The notes below the pieces were generated by a model, which was not told where the DNA came from, ran no database searches, and saw nothing but the letters and a program-made list of their open reading frames with translations. Positions 1 to 11,375 of a stretch of DNA of 64,000 bases are shown here, piece by piece. Source of the DNA: Heterodontus francisci (Eukaryota); assembly GCF_036365525.1 (NCBI RefSeq), contig NC_090399.1, positions 58,188,430-58,252,429 of the forward strand. The letters run 5' to 3'. The position numbers and the translations under genes were made by a program. Each line of letters begins with the position of its first letter. The first letter of the stretch is position 1.

Positions 1-184
1 CGAAAGAACATACAGTAAGAGCAGAAATATCAACAGACATTTATGAGGGTATCAAGATTAACACAAAGCTTTTACAATTATGTCAGAAGAAAAAGGCCCA
101 TGTGGCCCTTTAAAAATCATTGCGGTCATACTGCAAATGTGAATAAGGAAAGGGTAGGACTTTTAGAATAATACAATAAAAACA

Positions 185-400
185 GACAATGTTGGAAATA
201 CTCAGCAGGTCAGGTAGCATCTGTACAGAGAGCAATAATGTTAACCTTTCAGATCAGTGACCTCCATTCTGACAAAGTGGTATTGACCTGAAACATTAAC
301 TCTGTTGCTCACGTCATAGATGCTGCCTGACCTGCTGAGTATTTCTAGAATGTTATGTTTTTATTTCAGATTTCCAGCATCTGCAGTGTTTTATTTTGTT
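185..400. mobile_element. Palindromic (head-to-head) copy of a short hammerhead-motif repeat, Penelope-terminus-like
   Basis: Inverted arms gaaatactcagcaggtcaggtagcatct ... agatgctgcctgacctgctgagtatttc surround a degenerate ctgacaaag..tgacctgaaacattaac core. Same family as 2341-2445, 28320-28414 and 33620-33795. Confidence 0.6.
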
Positions 401-414
401 GGAACTTCGTGTCA

Positions 415-1260
415 TTGAATCATAGAACCCTACAGCACAGTAGGAGGCCATTTGGCCCATCGAGCCTATGCTGGCTCTTGGGATGAGTAGTCATTCTTAG
501 TCCCATGTGTCTGCTTTTTGTCCCTAAATGTGTCAGCTCATCATCCTCAAATATCTGTACAACACCCTGTTTAAAATTGTTTCTGGAATCAGCTTCCACT
601 TCTTTTCAGGTAGAACATTCCAGATCCCGACAGCTGAGTAAAATAAAATCCTCATTTCCCCTCTCTATCTTTTACCAATGATTTTAAATCTATAACCTCT
701 GGTTATTGACCCACTCACCGGAGGGAATAACTTTCCTCTCTCTACCTTAGCAAAACTGCTCATCATCTTGAAAAAAATCTATTAGGTCACCTCTTAACCT
801 TCTCTATTCCAAGGGGAACAGTCCTAACTTTTCCAACCTCTCCTCATAACTATAGTCTGTTATCTCTGTTAACATCCTGATAAACCTCCTCTGTGCCCTT
901 TCTAAGGCCTTTACATCTTTTCGGAAGTGTGGTGCCCGGAATTGTCCACAATACTCCAACCGAGGCCTAACCAGTGATTTATAAAGTTCTAGCATGATCA
1001 CTTTACTTTTATATTCTGTACCTCGATTTATAAATCCATGTAACCCATATACTTTTACAACCACCTTATCAACTTGCTGTGCCATCTTTAAGGATTTGTG
1101 CATATGGAAACCAAGGTCTCTTTATTCATCTACACTTTTCAAAATATCGTCTACATTCTTTCAACATTAGTCCTTCCAAAGTGCATCACTTCACACTTCC
1201 CTACATTGAACTTCACCTGCCACGTCTTTGTCCATTTCACCATCCTGTCACCCTGAAGCC
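415..1260 (-). mobile_element. CR1 (HER1-like) LINE 3' fragment
   Basis: ORF 804-1103 contains LYKSLVRPRLEYC..LERAQRRF..YEERLEKLGLFPLE (CR1 ORF2 C-terminus); the CR1 3' tail lies at ~415-470. Confidence 0.85.
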
Positions 1261-2732
1261 TAGAATGATTGAATCACAGAATCGTTACCGTGCAGGAGAA
1301 GGCCATTTGGTCCATCTTGTCTACACTGGCTCTCTGAAAGAGCAATTTCCTCAGTTCCATTCAGCTGCCTTCTCCCTGTAACCCTGCACATTCTTCCTTT
1401 TCATATAACTGTCTAATTCCCTTTTGAATGCTTCAATTGAACCTGCCTCCACCACGTTCTCAGGCAGTGCATTCTAAACCATAACCACTCGCTGCATGAA
1501 ACAGCTTTTCCTCATGTCACTTTTGCTTAACTTTACCAAATACTTGAAATCTGTGCCCTCTCATTCTCGATCCTTTCACGAGTGGGAACAGTTTCTCTCT
1601 CTCTACTCTGTTCAGACCCCTCATGATTTTGAATACCTCTATCAAATCACCTCTCAGCCTTCTCTTCTCCAAGGAAAACAGTCTTAACTTCTCCAATCTA
1701 TCTTCATAACTGAACCATTCTCGTGAACCCTTTCTGTAATCTCTCCAATGCCTTCACATCTTTCCTAAAGTGCGGCCACCAGAACTGGATGCAATGCTCC
1801 AGCTGAGGCCAAACTAGTGTCTTATATAAATTCAACATAACTTCCTTGCTCTTGTACTCTATCCCCCTACTAATAAAGCACAGGATACTGTATGCTTTAT
1901 TAACCTCTCTTTCAACCTGTCCTGCCACCTTCAATGACTTTTGCACATATACACATAGGTCCCTCTGCTCCTGCACCCCCTTCTGAATTGTACCCTTTAT
2001 TCTATATTGTCTCTCCATGTTCGTCCTATCCTCATTACTCCATACTACTTTGCCAAAAGTTTTATCATTTGCAAACTTTATAATGCTGTTCCCTACACCT
2101 AAGCCTAAGCCATTTATAAAAGTTGCCAAGAGTAATGGACCCAAAACTGACCCTTGGGAAACAACACTGCCCCCCACTTCCCAATCTGAAAAACATCTAC
2201 CAACATCCTTTGCTTCCAGTCACTGAGCCAGTTTCATATCCCCTTGGTTCCATGGGCTGACATCTCCTTAATAAGCCTCCTGTGCAGCATTTTACTGAAC
2301 ACCTTCCAAAAGTCCATATGTGCAACATCTATTGAACTATTTGTCAGTTCCAAAGACGGGTCACTGATCCGAAACATTAACTCTGCTTCTCTTTTCACAG
2401 ATGCTGCCAGACCTACTGAGTGGTTCCAGCATTTCTTGTTTTTATATCTATTGAACTATGTTGATCAATCTTCTTCGTTACCTCATCAAAGAATTCAATC
2501 AAGTTGGTCAGACACAATTTGCCTTTAACAAACCCATGCTGGCTCTTCTTGATTAACCCATGCCTTTCCAATTGAAAGTTAATTTTGTCCTTGATACTGG
2601 ATTTGAATAACTTCCCCACTACCAATTATCAGCTGACTGGCCTGTGATTTCCTGGTTTATCCCTCTCCCCTTTCTTTAATAGTGGTATAACATTAGCAAC
2701 CCTCCAGTTCTCCAATAGCGCTCCTATATCCA
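1261..2732 (-). mobile_element. CR1 LINE RT fragment, interrupted by a 105-bp insertion
   Basis: Degenerate QGSVLGPLL..FINGL, KFANDKT, SQHGFVKGKLCLTNLIEFF and WRVANVIPL motifs. Confidence 0.85.
2341..2445 (+). mobile_element. Short hammerhead-motif element (degenerate core) with 14-bp TSD
   Basis: TSD atctattgaactat at 2327-2340 and 2446-2459; internal cagtt-ccaaaga-cgggtcactgatcc-gaaacatt-aact. Confidence 0.75.
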
Positions 2733-2848
2733 ATGAAGATTGAAAGATTACATAGGATAAATAGTAGAGAAACTGGCCATTCGGCCCAACCAGTCCATGT
2801 TGGTGTTTATGCACCACTCAAGCCTCCTCCCATCTTTCCTCATTTAAA

Positions 2849-3192
2849 GGGCGGCACAGTGGCGCAGTGGTTAGCACCGCAGCCTCACAGCTCCAGCGGC
2901 CCGGGTTCAATTCTGGGTACTGCCTCTGTGGAGTTTGCAAGTTCTCCCTGTGTCTGCGTGGGTTTCCTCCGGGTGCTCCGGTTTCCTCCCACATGCCAAA
3001 GACTTGCAGGTTGACAGGTGAATTGGCCATTAGCAATTGCTCCTAGTATAGGGAGGGAAATATAGGGACAGGTGGGGATGTGGTAGGAAAATGGAATTAG
3101 TGTTGGATTAGTATAAATGAGTGGTTGATGGTCAGCACAGACTCGGTGGGCCGAAGGGCCTGTTTCAGTGCTGTATCTCTAAACTAAAAAAA
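2849..3192 (+). mobile_element. HE1-type tRNA-derived SINE, full length
   Basis: A box tggcgcagtgg, B box ggttcaattc, CR1-shared tail gggccgaagggcctgtttcagtgctgtatctct. Near-identical to copies at 45069 and 47124; inserted in a CR1 3' fragment (~2733-3620). Confidence 0.9.
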
Positions 3193-3929
3193 ATCTATCA
3201 TCGTAACTCTGTATTCCCTTCTCCCTCATATGCTTGTCTAGTTTCTCCTTAAATAGATCGATACTATTTGCTTCAATCACTCCCTGTGATAGCGAATTCT
3301 GTGTTCACATGGTAGCTATCTGTTATTGATCTCCTCCTGTTATGGTCTTCCCAACAAGTGGAAAATTTCTCTCTCTATCCACTCTGTGAAATCCTGTCAA
3401 ATTTTAAAGACCTCTTTTCAGTCACAATTCATCCTTGTTTTTAAAGAGAAAAGAGACCCAGCTGTTCATCCTTTCCTGATATGTATACCCATGTATTTCC
3501 TGTATTGTCCTTGTAAATCTTCTTTCACTCTCTTGAGTGCTTCTATCTCTTTTTTTATAATATGGCAACTGGGACGTCGCGCGGTTTGATACAGGTTTAA
3601 CATAATTTCAGTACTTTTCAATTCTATTCCTCTGGAAAGAAAGCCTTGCTAACCTGTAGTGATTGGTGTATTTGTACATTCCTGTACTTTTCATAATCTT
3701 CCTGGTTATTAACTGAATCTTGCTAGTGACATCTGTCATAGCCTCCTTTTTTCTCTGCTTTAGTTTAACTTTTACTTCCTTTGTCATCCAGGGCACATTA
3801 GCTTTGGATGCTCTGCCCTTTCCCCTTCAAAGGAACATATCTAGTTTATATGTTTCTGTCTGAACTATCTCTTCCCGAATGTTCTCCATTGCTCTGTTAC
3901 TGCTTTACTTTTTCCAGGCTTCAATCTTC

Positions 3930-5395
3930 ATAGGAATGGGAAAGGATAATATACCTGACATTGCAGGGAAACAAATAATGAACCAATGACAATGTAAGCT
4001 GGAAAATAGTATTTAGAAAAATGACTGTAGAGACTGAGAAATGCCCAGGACCTGTTGGTTTCACCCCTGGGTTTTAAAGAAAGTAGGTGAGGAAATTGTA
4101 GATAATTTCGCCATAATCTTCCAAAGCTCCCTCGATGCAGGAATTATTCCTATCGATTGGAAAATTGTATACATAACTTCATTATTAAAGAAAGGTGAGA
4201 GAGAAACCAAGAAATTATAAATCTGTTAGTCTAACATCTGTTGTGGGGAAGGTTATGGAATCTATCATTAAGACAGAGTGACTGAGTACTTAGAGAAATT
4301 TGAGCTGATTGAAGAGAGCCAATGTGGATTTGTAAGGGGGAGGTCATGTCTAATGAAACAAATTGAATTTTTTTGAGGAAGTAACTAAAGTAGTGGATAG
4401 GGGAATGTCTATGGATATAGTTTATGTGGACTTGCTGAAGACTTTCGATAAGGTTCCACATAAGAGATTTCTTAAAGCTCTTGGAATTGAAAGCATATTA
4501 TTGAGCTGATTAGGAAATTGATTTGGCAGTAGACAGACTGTAGGGATAATGGGTATGTATGAATTGGAAGGAAATGACCAGTGTTATCTCACGGGGATCT
4601 GTGCTGGGGCCTCAACCATTCAGTATTTAAAGTCTTAAAAAGCACAATAGAGCGACACATATCCAAGTTTACTGATGACACCAGGTTCAGTGGCATAGCA
4701 AGCAGAGTAGACAGGAGCATAAAATTACAAGAGACATTGATTGTTTGGGTGGGCAAAATTGTGGCAGATGTATTTCCGTGCAGGCAAACGTGAAGTCATC
4801 CATTTTGGATGAAATAAGGGTAGATCAGCGTATTTTCTAAATGGTGGAAAGCCTTGTCTCGGACCAGACCTGGAGAACTGTGTACAGTTCTGGGCACCTC
4901 ATCTTTAGAAAGGTATAAATATACTGGCCTTGGAAGGAGTGCAGCACAGATTCAACAGAATGTTACTTGGCTACAAAGGTTTAATTATGAGGAGAGATTA
5001 CACAGACTAGGCTTGTGTTCCCTGGGATAGAGAAGGTTAAAGGACGATTGAGGTTTTCAGGATTTTGGAAGGAATTGAGGGTAAGGTAGATGGAAAGAAA
5101 CTTTTCTGCTGGTGGTGGAGTCTCGGACAAAGGGGATATAACATTGAAATCAGACCCAGACCATTCAGGAGAGAAGTTAGGAAGCGTTTCTTCAAACAGA
5201 TGGTGGGAGAAGTGTGTAACTCTGTTCCATAAAAAGCAGTAAATGCTAGCTCAATTAAATTCAGATCTGAGGTCAATAGATTTTTTTGCTAGCTAATCTA
5301 TTGAGGTATATGGAGTTAGGACACAGATCACCCTCAATATCACTGAATGGCAGAACAGGCTCTAAGGATTGAATGGTCTACTCCTATTCCTGTTG
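3930..5395 (+). mobile_element. Highly decayed CR1 LINE (RT to 3' tail)
   Basis: Degenerate ISKFTDDT motif and other CR1 RT-like stretches broken by stops and frameshifts. Confidence 0.75.
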
Positions 5396-5441
5396 TCTCA
5401 ACATTCTCGCACCACTGAAGTCAGGCTAACAGTAGTTGCCC

Positions 5442-5443
<2 letters not shown>

Positions 5444-5527
<84 letters not shown>
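5444..5527. repeat. (GT)n microsatellite, ~42 units
   Basis: Directly visible. Confidence 0.99.
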
Positions 5528-5529
<2 letters not shown>

Positions 5530-6340
5530 CATTTGACATTTGCACCTCTCCAGTCCTCTGGCACCATCCCACTACCGAAGGAGGATTGCAAGATTGTGAC
5601 CACAGCCTCCGATATCTCCACCTTTAATTCCCTCAGTAATCTCAGTGACTTTTCTACTTTCAGCATTGCCAACCTTTTAACTACCTCCTCTTTATCAATT
5701 TTTATTCTATTCAGTTTCTCTACTACCTCTTCCTCTACTGTGAAATTAGCAGCACCCTCTTTAGTGATGTTTATCAAACCAATCGACTGCTTTTCAACTC
5801 ACTGAAATTAGCCCTCCTCCAGTTGAGTAATTTCATGTTCAATTGTTCCATGTCATTTTCCATAACTACTGTAAACCTGATGATATTGTGATCACTGTTT
5901 CCCAAATGCACCCCAATTAAAACATGCTCCACTTGCCCTACTTCATTCCCCAGAACTAGATCCAACACTGCCTCCTTCCACATTGAACTGGAAACACAAT
6001 GATCAATAAAGTTCTCTTGTATACATTTCAGGAATTCCTTTCTGACCTTTGCCTTTACATTGTTACTATCCCAGTCTATATTAGGATGATTGAACTCCCC
6101 CATTATCACCATTCTAAAGTTCTTACATCTTTCTGCAATCTACCTGCAGATTTGCTTCTCGACCTCCTTCCCTATATTTGGGGTGACCAATAGTTTACAC
6201 CCAGCAATGAAATAGCTCCTCTATTGTTCCTTAACTCTACCCAAATAGATTCTGACATTGAATCCTCCAGCATGTCACCCCTTTCCAGTGCTGTAACAGT
6301 ATCTTTGATCAATATGGCACCCCCTCTTTCCTTTCCCTAG
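5530..6340 (-). mobile_element. CR1 LINE endonuclease/tether fragment
   Basis: MGEFNHPNIDW, AVLDLVLGNE and HLGNSDHNII (APE endonuclease motifs). Confidence 0.85.
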
Positions 6341-6698
6341 AAACTCCCTACCTCCCATCACTATGCTGCAACAAGCCTATTCTGAGATTGATGTGGGAAT
6401 TAATCACTTGTTTGGGTGACTGGAAGTGTCTTTGGAATGATGTGGAATTCCAATGTCTGCATTTATTTATCTCCTTTAATGTAGATAAACATCCCAAAGT
6501 GCTTCACAGGAGTGTAATCCAAGTCATGCTGAACCTTTCTAACCTACAACATGCTCTGCTCAGAGACTGCCCATTACATCACAGACTTGAATCTCATTCA
6601 AACTCAGGCCCCGCTTTGGTACACTTGCTTCTGAATGAGCAGCGATTGTGGTTATTCATTGATCTCCTCCTCATTTCCCCCCTCCCCCCCCCCCACAG

Positions 6699-6824
6699 CC
6701 AGGATGCTCCCAGTGACTGTAGGATCTTCAGAGGGAACAAATATCAGACTGATTGTTGGAATTGTTGTTGCTGCCATCGCTCTGATTGCTGTTGTCATCG
6801 GTGCAGTTGCGTTGAAAAGGAGAG
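6699..6824 (+). CDS. MHC class I heavy chain, connecting-peptide/transmembrane exon
   Basis: Polypyrimidine tract plus cag acceptor ending 6698; donor G|gtagga at 6825; 126 bp, phase 1-1. Encodes RMLPVTVGSSEGTNIRLIVGIVVAAIALIAVVIGAVALKRR (hydrophobic TM followed by a basic stop-transfer). Confidence 0.8.
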
Positions 6825-6954
6825 GTAGGAAGTGAGGGCAGGGTCTGTCACTCTCTGGTATCAGCAGTTTTAAAATGTTAAAGCACAAATATCAAAGCAT
6901 TAGAGACTTTCCTACACATGTGGGAAATGCACACACAGTCCAGTGATGTACAGA

Positions 6955-7585
6955 GCGTGAGGGGGCTGAGGAACAGGAAGTGAGAGGACCGAGGGCCCAT
7001 ATGGGGAGCTGGGACTGAGGGACTCTTACACGGAGTGAGGGGACTGGGGGTCCCGTACATGGAGTGAGGGGACTGGGGGCCTGTACAGGGAGTGAGGTGA
7101 CTGAGGGCCTGTACAGGGAGTGAGGGGACTGGGGGCCTGTACAGGGAGTGAGGTGACTGAGGGCCCATATCGGGAGTCAGGGGACTGAGGTCCCGTACAG
7201 GGAGTGAGGTGACTGAGGGCCTATATGGGGAGTCAGGGGACTGAGGGACCCTTACATGGAGTGAGGTGACTGAGGTCCCGTACAGGGAGTGAGAGGACTG
7301 AGGTCCCGTACAGGGAGTGAGGGGACTGAGATCCCGTACAGGGAGTGAGGTGACTGAGGTCCCGTACAGGGTGTGAGGTGACTGAGGGCCCATATAGGGA
7401 GTCAGGGGACTGAGGTCCCCTACAGGGAGTGAGGGGACTGAGATCCCGTACAGGGGGTGAGGGGACTGAGGTCCCGTACAGGGTGTGAGGTGACTGAGGG
7501 CCCATATGGGGAGTCAGGGGACTGAGGTCCCCTACAGGGAGTGAGGGGACTGGGGGGCCTGTACAGGGGATGAAGGGACTGGGCT
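6955..7585 (+). repeat. 28-bp G-rich minisatellite in the MHC intron
   Basis: Unit ~ggtcccgtacagggagtgaggggactga; period 28 measured at 7277/7305/7333; ~22 copies. Confidence 0.95.
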
Positions 7586-7740
7586 GAATGCAGAGTAAAG
7601 GGTTGAGTGAGGAGCAGAGTCTCCTGTAAGCGAGCTCAGGTTAAGCTGGTCATTCCCCCCATGACTACAGTAAGTTTGTGTGGGTGAGGGGTGGGTGGGG
7701 GAGCTTTTGTTAACTGAAGTTCTGTTTCTGATCTTTGTAG

Positions 7741-7776
7741 GAGGAGAATATAAACACAGTTACAGCTCAGCAAATC
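7741..7776 (+). CDS. MHC class I cytoplasmic exon 1
   Basis: tctttgtag acceptor, C|gtaagt donor, 36 bp, phase 1-1. Encodes (G)GEYKHSYSSAN, resembling the Tyr-containing class I tail exon. Confidence 0.8.
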
Positions 7777-7914
7777 GTAAGTGTGCAAATATTACAATAG
7801 TCTGGTTCAGTTGTTAGCTGCCTTGTCTTCGAGGCAGAACTTTCTGGCATGGACTCGATTGGCTGAACAGCCATTTCTGGTCTGTTAAGACAGTATAGCT
7901 CCATTACTTTGTCT

Positions 7915-8076
7915 NNNNNNNNNNNNNNNNNNNNNNNNNNNNNNNNNNNNNNNNNNNNNNNNNNNNNNNNNNNNNNNNNNNNNNNNNNNNNNNNNNNNNN
8001 NNNNNNNNNNNNNNNNNNNNNNNNNNNNNNNNNNNNNNNNNNNNNNNNNNNNNNNNNNNNNNNNNNNNNNNNNNNN
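7915..8076. other. Assembly gap (162 N)
   Basis: Run of N. Confidence 1.
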
Positions 8077-8122
8077 CCATGTTGTAAAGTGACTGTGTGA
8101 CTGAAATCTTTCTTTTTCACAG

Positions 8123-8169
8123 CTGTAAGAGGAGTGGAATCATCCTCGAACTCATCAGCCCTGGCCTGA
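8123..8169 (+). CDS. MHC class I final coding exon
   Basis: tctttttcacag acceptor. In frame with the previous exon it reads (P)VRGVESSSNSSALA* (TGA 8167-8169), matching the Ser-rich ESSSNSSAxA C-terminus I recall for shark class I chains. Donor G|gtatga at 8171. Confidence 0.8.
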
Positions 8170-9499
8170 GGTATGAATCACTCACTGGAGTTTAACAGCA
8201 GCTAAACTAGCATCAAAGCAGTTTATAAACAGCAGTAACTGTGAGCTCAGGGTATCGGAAGGGACTTTACTGAGTTTCACCACTGGCTCGCAGTGTTTTT
8301 ACTTGTTTACATAAATTTCTCACATAGTGCTGTATCTCTAAATAGAAATAAAAATAAATAAATAAAGTGTAAGTTGAGTTTCATGAGCCAGTCTGTAAGA
8401 GACACAAGCTCCAATGGTAAAGTGACTAACTCTGATAGTAGTGGCCTACCATTGATCAACTCTGGTTTAATACACAGGAGTTCCATCAATATCAGCTGGT
8501 TTTGTGACAAGGAGCAGTTTTTTTAACCCACCATCAGTATCGAGCAGGCCCAGGTCTGGTCAGGTAGAGTGAAGCTGTCCTCCTCAATTTAACCTCGAGT
8601 CACCTCCTTTCATTCTCCTACTGCTCTTCACCATTCATTGCTGCTCTTCCCCATCACAAAGATATACTTGTATATTACAAACCACAGGGAGGCCATTCAG
8701 CCTCTCTGGCTCCTCCTTGCTCAGACTGCTATGATTCCTCACACTCCCCCATGTCTAACTGCTGTCCACGTCTCTATCCAGAGACCAGTCTAAGTACTGC
8801 TGACTTGTTCTGAACTTGTCTTGTTACTTTGTACCCCTGGTCCTGCACTGATGGTGTAACACGAACCTCCTGGGATTCTCTTGTTCTGTTAAATGTGCCT
8901 GACCTGCATCCAGTTCCCTTGAGCCAATGAATTAAACGTACAACTGTTTTGGACCAATGGGAGGTCAATATGTTGGGAAGGGAGCAGGTGATTCCAGGAG
9001 TGTGACTGGATTGTGCAGGTTAATATTCCAGGCAGCAAAGACATGAATCACACGGAGAACTGGAACTTTCTAAAGCTGGTCTGGTGAGCAACAAACTTCC
9101 GGATGCTGTCAGCTGCTTAGTGAGACACTGCAGCTGTTTAATATACAGGAGGATGGGATCTGTCACCTGGAGAGGGGGAGATAGTTGTGCTGTGTACGTG
9201 GGGACAGAGATTAGACTTCATTTTGGAGCCTGGGTCTTAGACTGATAGATTGTGCAGTGAGCCTGGTGATCCAGTGCTGGGACACTCGATCTTCACTGAG
9301 ATATGGTGCTCCTGGAGAAGTTTCAGGGGATGGATTGTGGGTTCAGGCTGGTCAGTCTGGGTTCAGTCATATCACTGCACTCTTTACCTGTGACTGTAGG
9401 GAACCTGTCCCATGACACCTGGAACAGCTGCCAATGATGTGTTAAAGGGAGTGGGATTGGGGGGGAGGGGGGGAAGAAAGAGGTCAGAATTGGAGGTGC

Positions 9500-9970
9500 G
9501 TAGAGATCTCTGAGTTGGGGGGCTACAGAGGTTATGAAGATATGGAGGGATTTGACAATGAGGATGAGAACCTTAAAATCATTTGAGACATTACCGGACC
9601 AGGAACCTATGTAGGATAGAGAATGCAGGGGTGATGGTGAATGGGACTTGGTGTGAGTTAGGATTCGGGCAGCAGAGTTTTGGATGACCTGAAGTTTATG
9701 GAGGATGAAATATGAGAGGTTGGTCAGCAGTGTCTGGGGGTAATGAAGGTATTGATGAGAGTTTCAGCAGCAGATGAGCTGAGGCAGAGATGGAGTAGGT
9801 TAGTGTTACTGCGCTGGATCAAGAGGGGATCTTGGTGATGGAGAGGTTATGGTGTTGGAAGCTCAGCTCAGGAATAAATAGGACACTGAGGTTGTGAACA
9901 ATCTGGTTCAGTCTGACAGTGACCAGGGAGAGGGATGGAGTAAGTGTCTAAGGAACAGAGTTTCCACATT
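9500..9970 (-). mobile_element. Decayed L2-like LINE fragment
   Basis: Resembles common shark L2 sequence (gcagcagagttttggatg... on the + strand); no intact ORF. Confidence 0.45.
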
Positions 9971-10321
9971 GATCTTTCTGGGTTCCAACTCCTGTACTGG
10001 GTGTGAAGCCTCCATGTGATTCTGTCCATCTTTCATTTGCCAGGTTGATTCCGAATTGAAGATTACTCGAACTAGTGATTGGACTGGCTGTGTCACTGGG
10101 AGGATTCATTTAGAAACAATCTGGATGTTTTATCTTTATTTGGCTGTGTTTTATATAGTGAAACAATACATCTATCATTTATTGGAATTCTGAGTTTATT
10201 TTCTGCTTGGTAATTTGGTAGAAATCTCCAGTTGAATATTTTGGAGTTTAATATTGAGATGTTTCTAATTGCTGTTGTTGCTTGCATTCCTGCATCTGAG
10301 AAATGTTCATTTAAACCAGTA

Positions 10322-11090
10322 AAGGGAAGGGATCGACAGGCCGTGACCAATCACAGATCACTGAGCACAGGGAGGGATCGACAGGCCAGTGACCAATCAC
10401 AGATCACTGAGCACAGGGAGGGATCGACAGGCCGTGACCAATCATAGATCACTGAGCACAGGGAGGGATCAACAGGCCGTGACCAATCACAGATCACTGA
10501 GCACAGGGAGGGATCGACAGGCCGTGACCAATCACAGATCACTGAGCACAGGGAGGGATCGACAGGCCGGTGACCAATCACAGATCACTGAGCACAGGGA
10601 GGGATCGACAGGCAGGTGACCAATCACAGATCACTGAGCACAGGGAGGGATCGACAGGCTGGTGACGAATCACTGAGCACAGGGAGGGATCGACAGGCCG
10701 GTGACCGGTCACAGATCACTGAACACAGGGAGGGATCGGTAGGCAGGCGACCAATCACAGATCACTGAGCACAGGGAGGGATCGACAGGCAGGCGACCAA
10801 TCACAGATCACTGAGCACAGGGAGGGATCGACAGGCCACTGACCAATCACAGATCACTGAGCACAGGGAGGGATCGACAGGCCGTAACTAATCACAGATC
10901 ACTGAACACAGGGAGGGATCGGTAGGCAGGCGACCAATCACAGATCACTGAGCACAGGGAGGGATCGACAGGCCACTGACCAATCACAAATCACTGAGCA
11001 TAGGGAGGGATCGACAGGCCACTGACCAATCACAGATCACTGAGCACAGGGAGGGATCGACAGGCCACTGACCAATCACAGATCACTGAC
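10322..11090 (+). repeat. 43-44-bp minisatellite, ~17 copies
   Basis: Unit gaccaatcacagatcactgagcacagggagggatcgacaggcc(g/a)t. Confidence 0.97.
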
Positions 11091-11369
11091 TATGTTTCTA
11101 TCTCTTCCCTCTGGGAGGTTCGACGTTTTAATTCTCTGATCAGTTTAAGTTTCTGTTTTTTAACTGTCCGTCTTCATTGGTGCCTGAGGTTGGATCCTGT
11201 GTTTCCCGGGAATGTGGTTTATTAAATGAAATGAACAGCTTCACTTCCCTGAACCCAGTCTGTCACTGGCCTGTTGTATGAACCGAGGGTGGGGAATGTA
11301 AAATGTTTGGGATTGCACTCTGTACCACTCTACGTACTGGATTAAAGTTTACATTTGTACCTATTGAAT

Positions 11370-11375
11370 AATAAA
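11370..11375 (+). terminator. Candidate polyadenylation signal
   Basis: AATAAA, with ATTAAA at 11341 and a downstream ctgtatctgtgtgttc GU-rich element. Confidence 0.5.

Noticed and set aside
2849-2925. tRNA gene
   Set aside because: It is the tRNA-derived head of an HE1 SINE, continuous with the SINE body and tail; no complete cloverleaf.
6635-6835. 66-aa single-exon membrane peptide
   Set aside because: Better explained as an internal TM exon with splice sites at 6699 and 6824.
6878-7505. Pro/Ser-rich minus-strand ORFs
   Set aside because: Translation of the 28-bp minisatellite.
7767-8120. ORFs spanning X runs
   Set aside because: Artefacts of the N gap.
10322-11090. Regular repeats superficially like a CRISPR array
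   Set aside because: Head-to-tail units with no unique spacers, no cas genes, and a vertebrate context.
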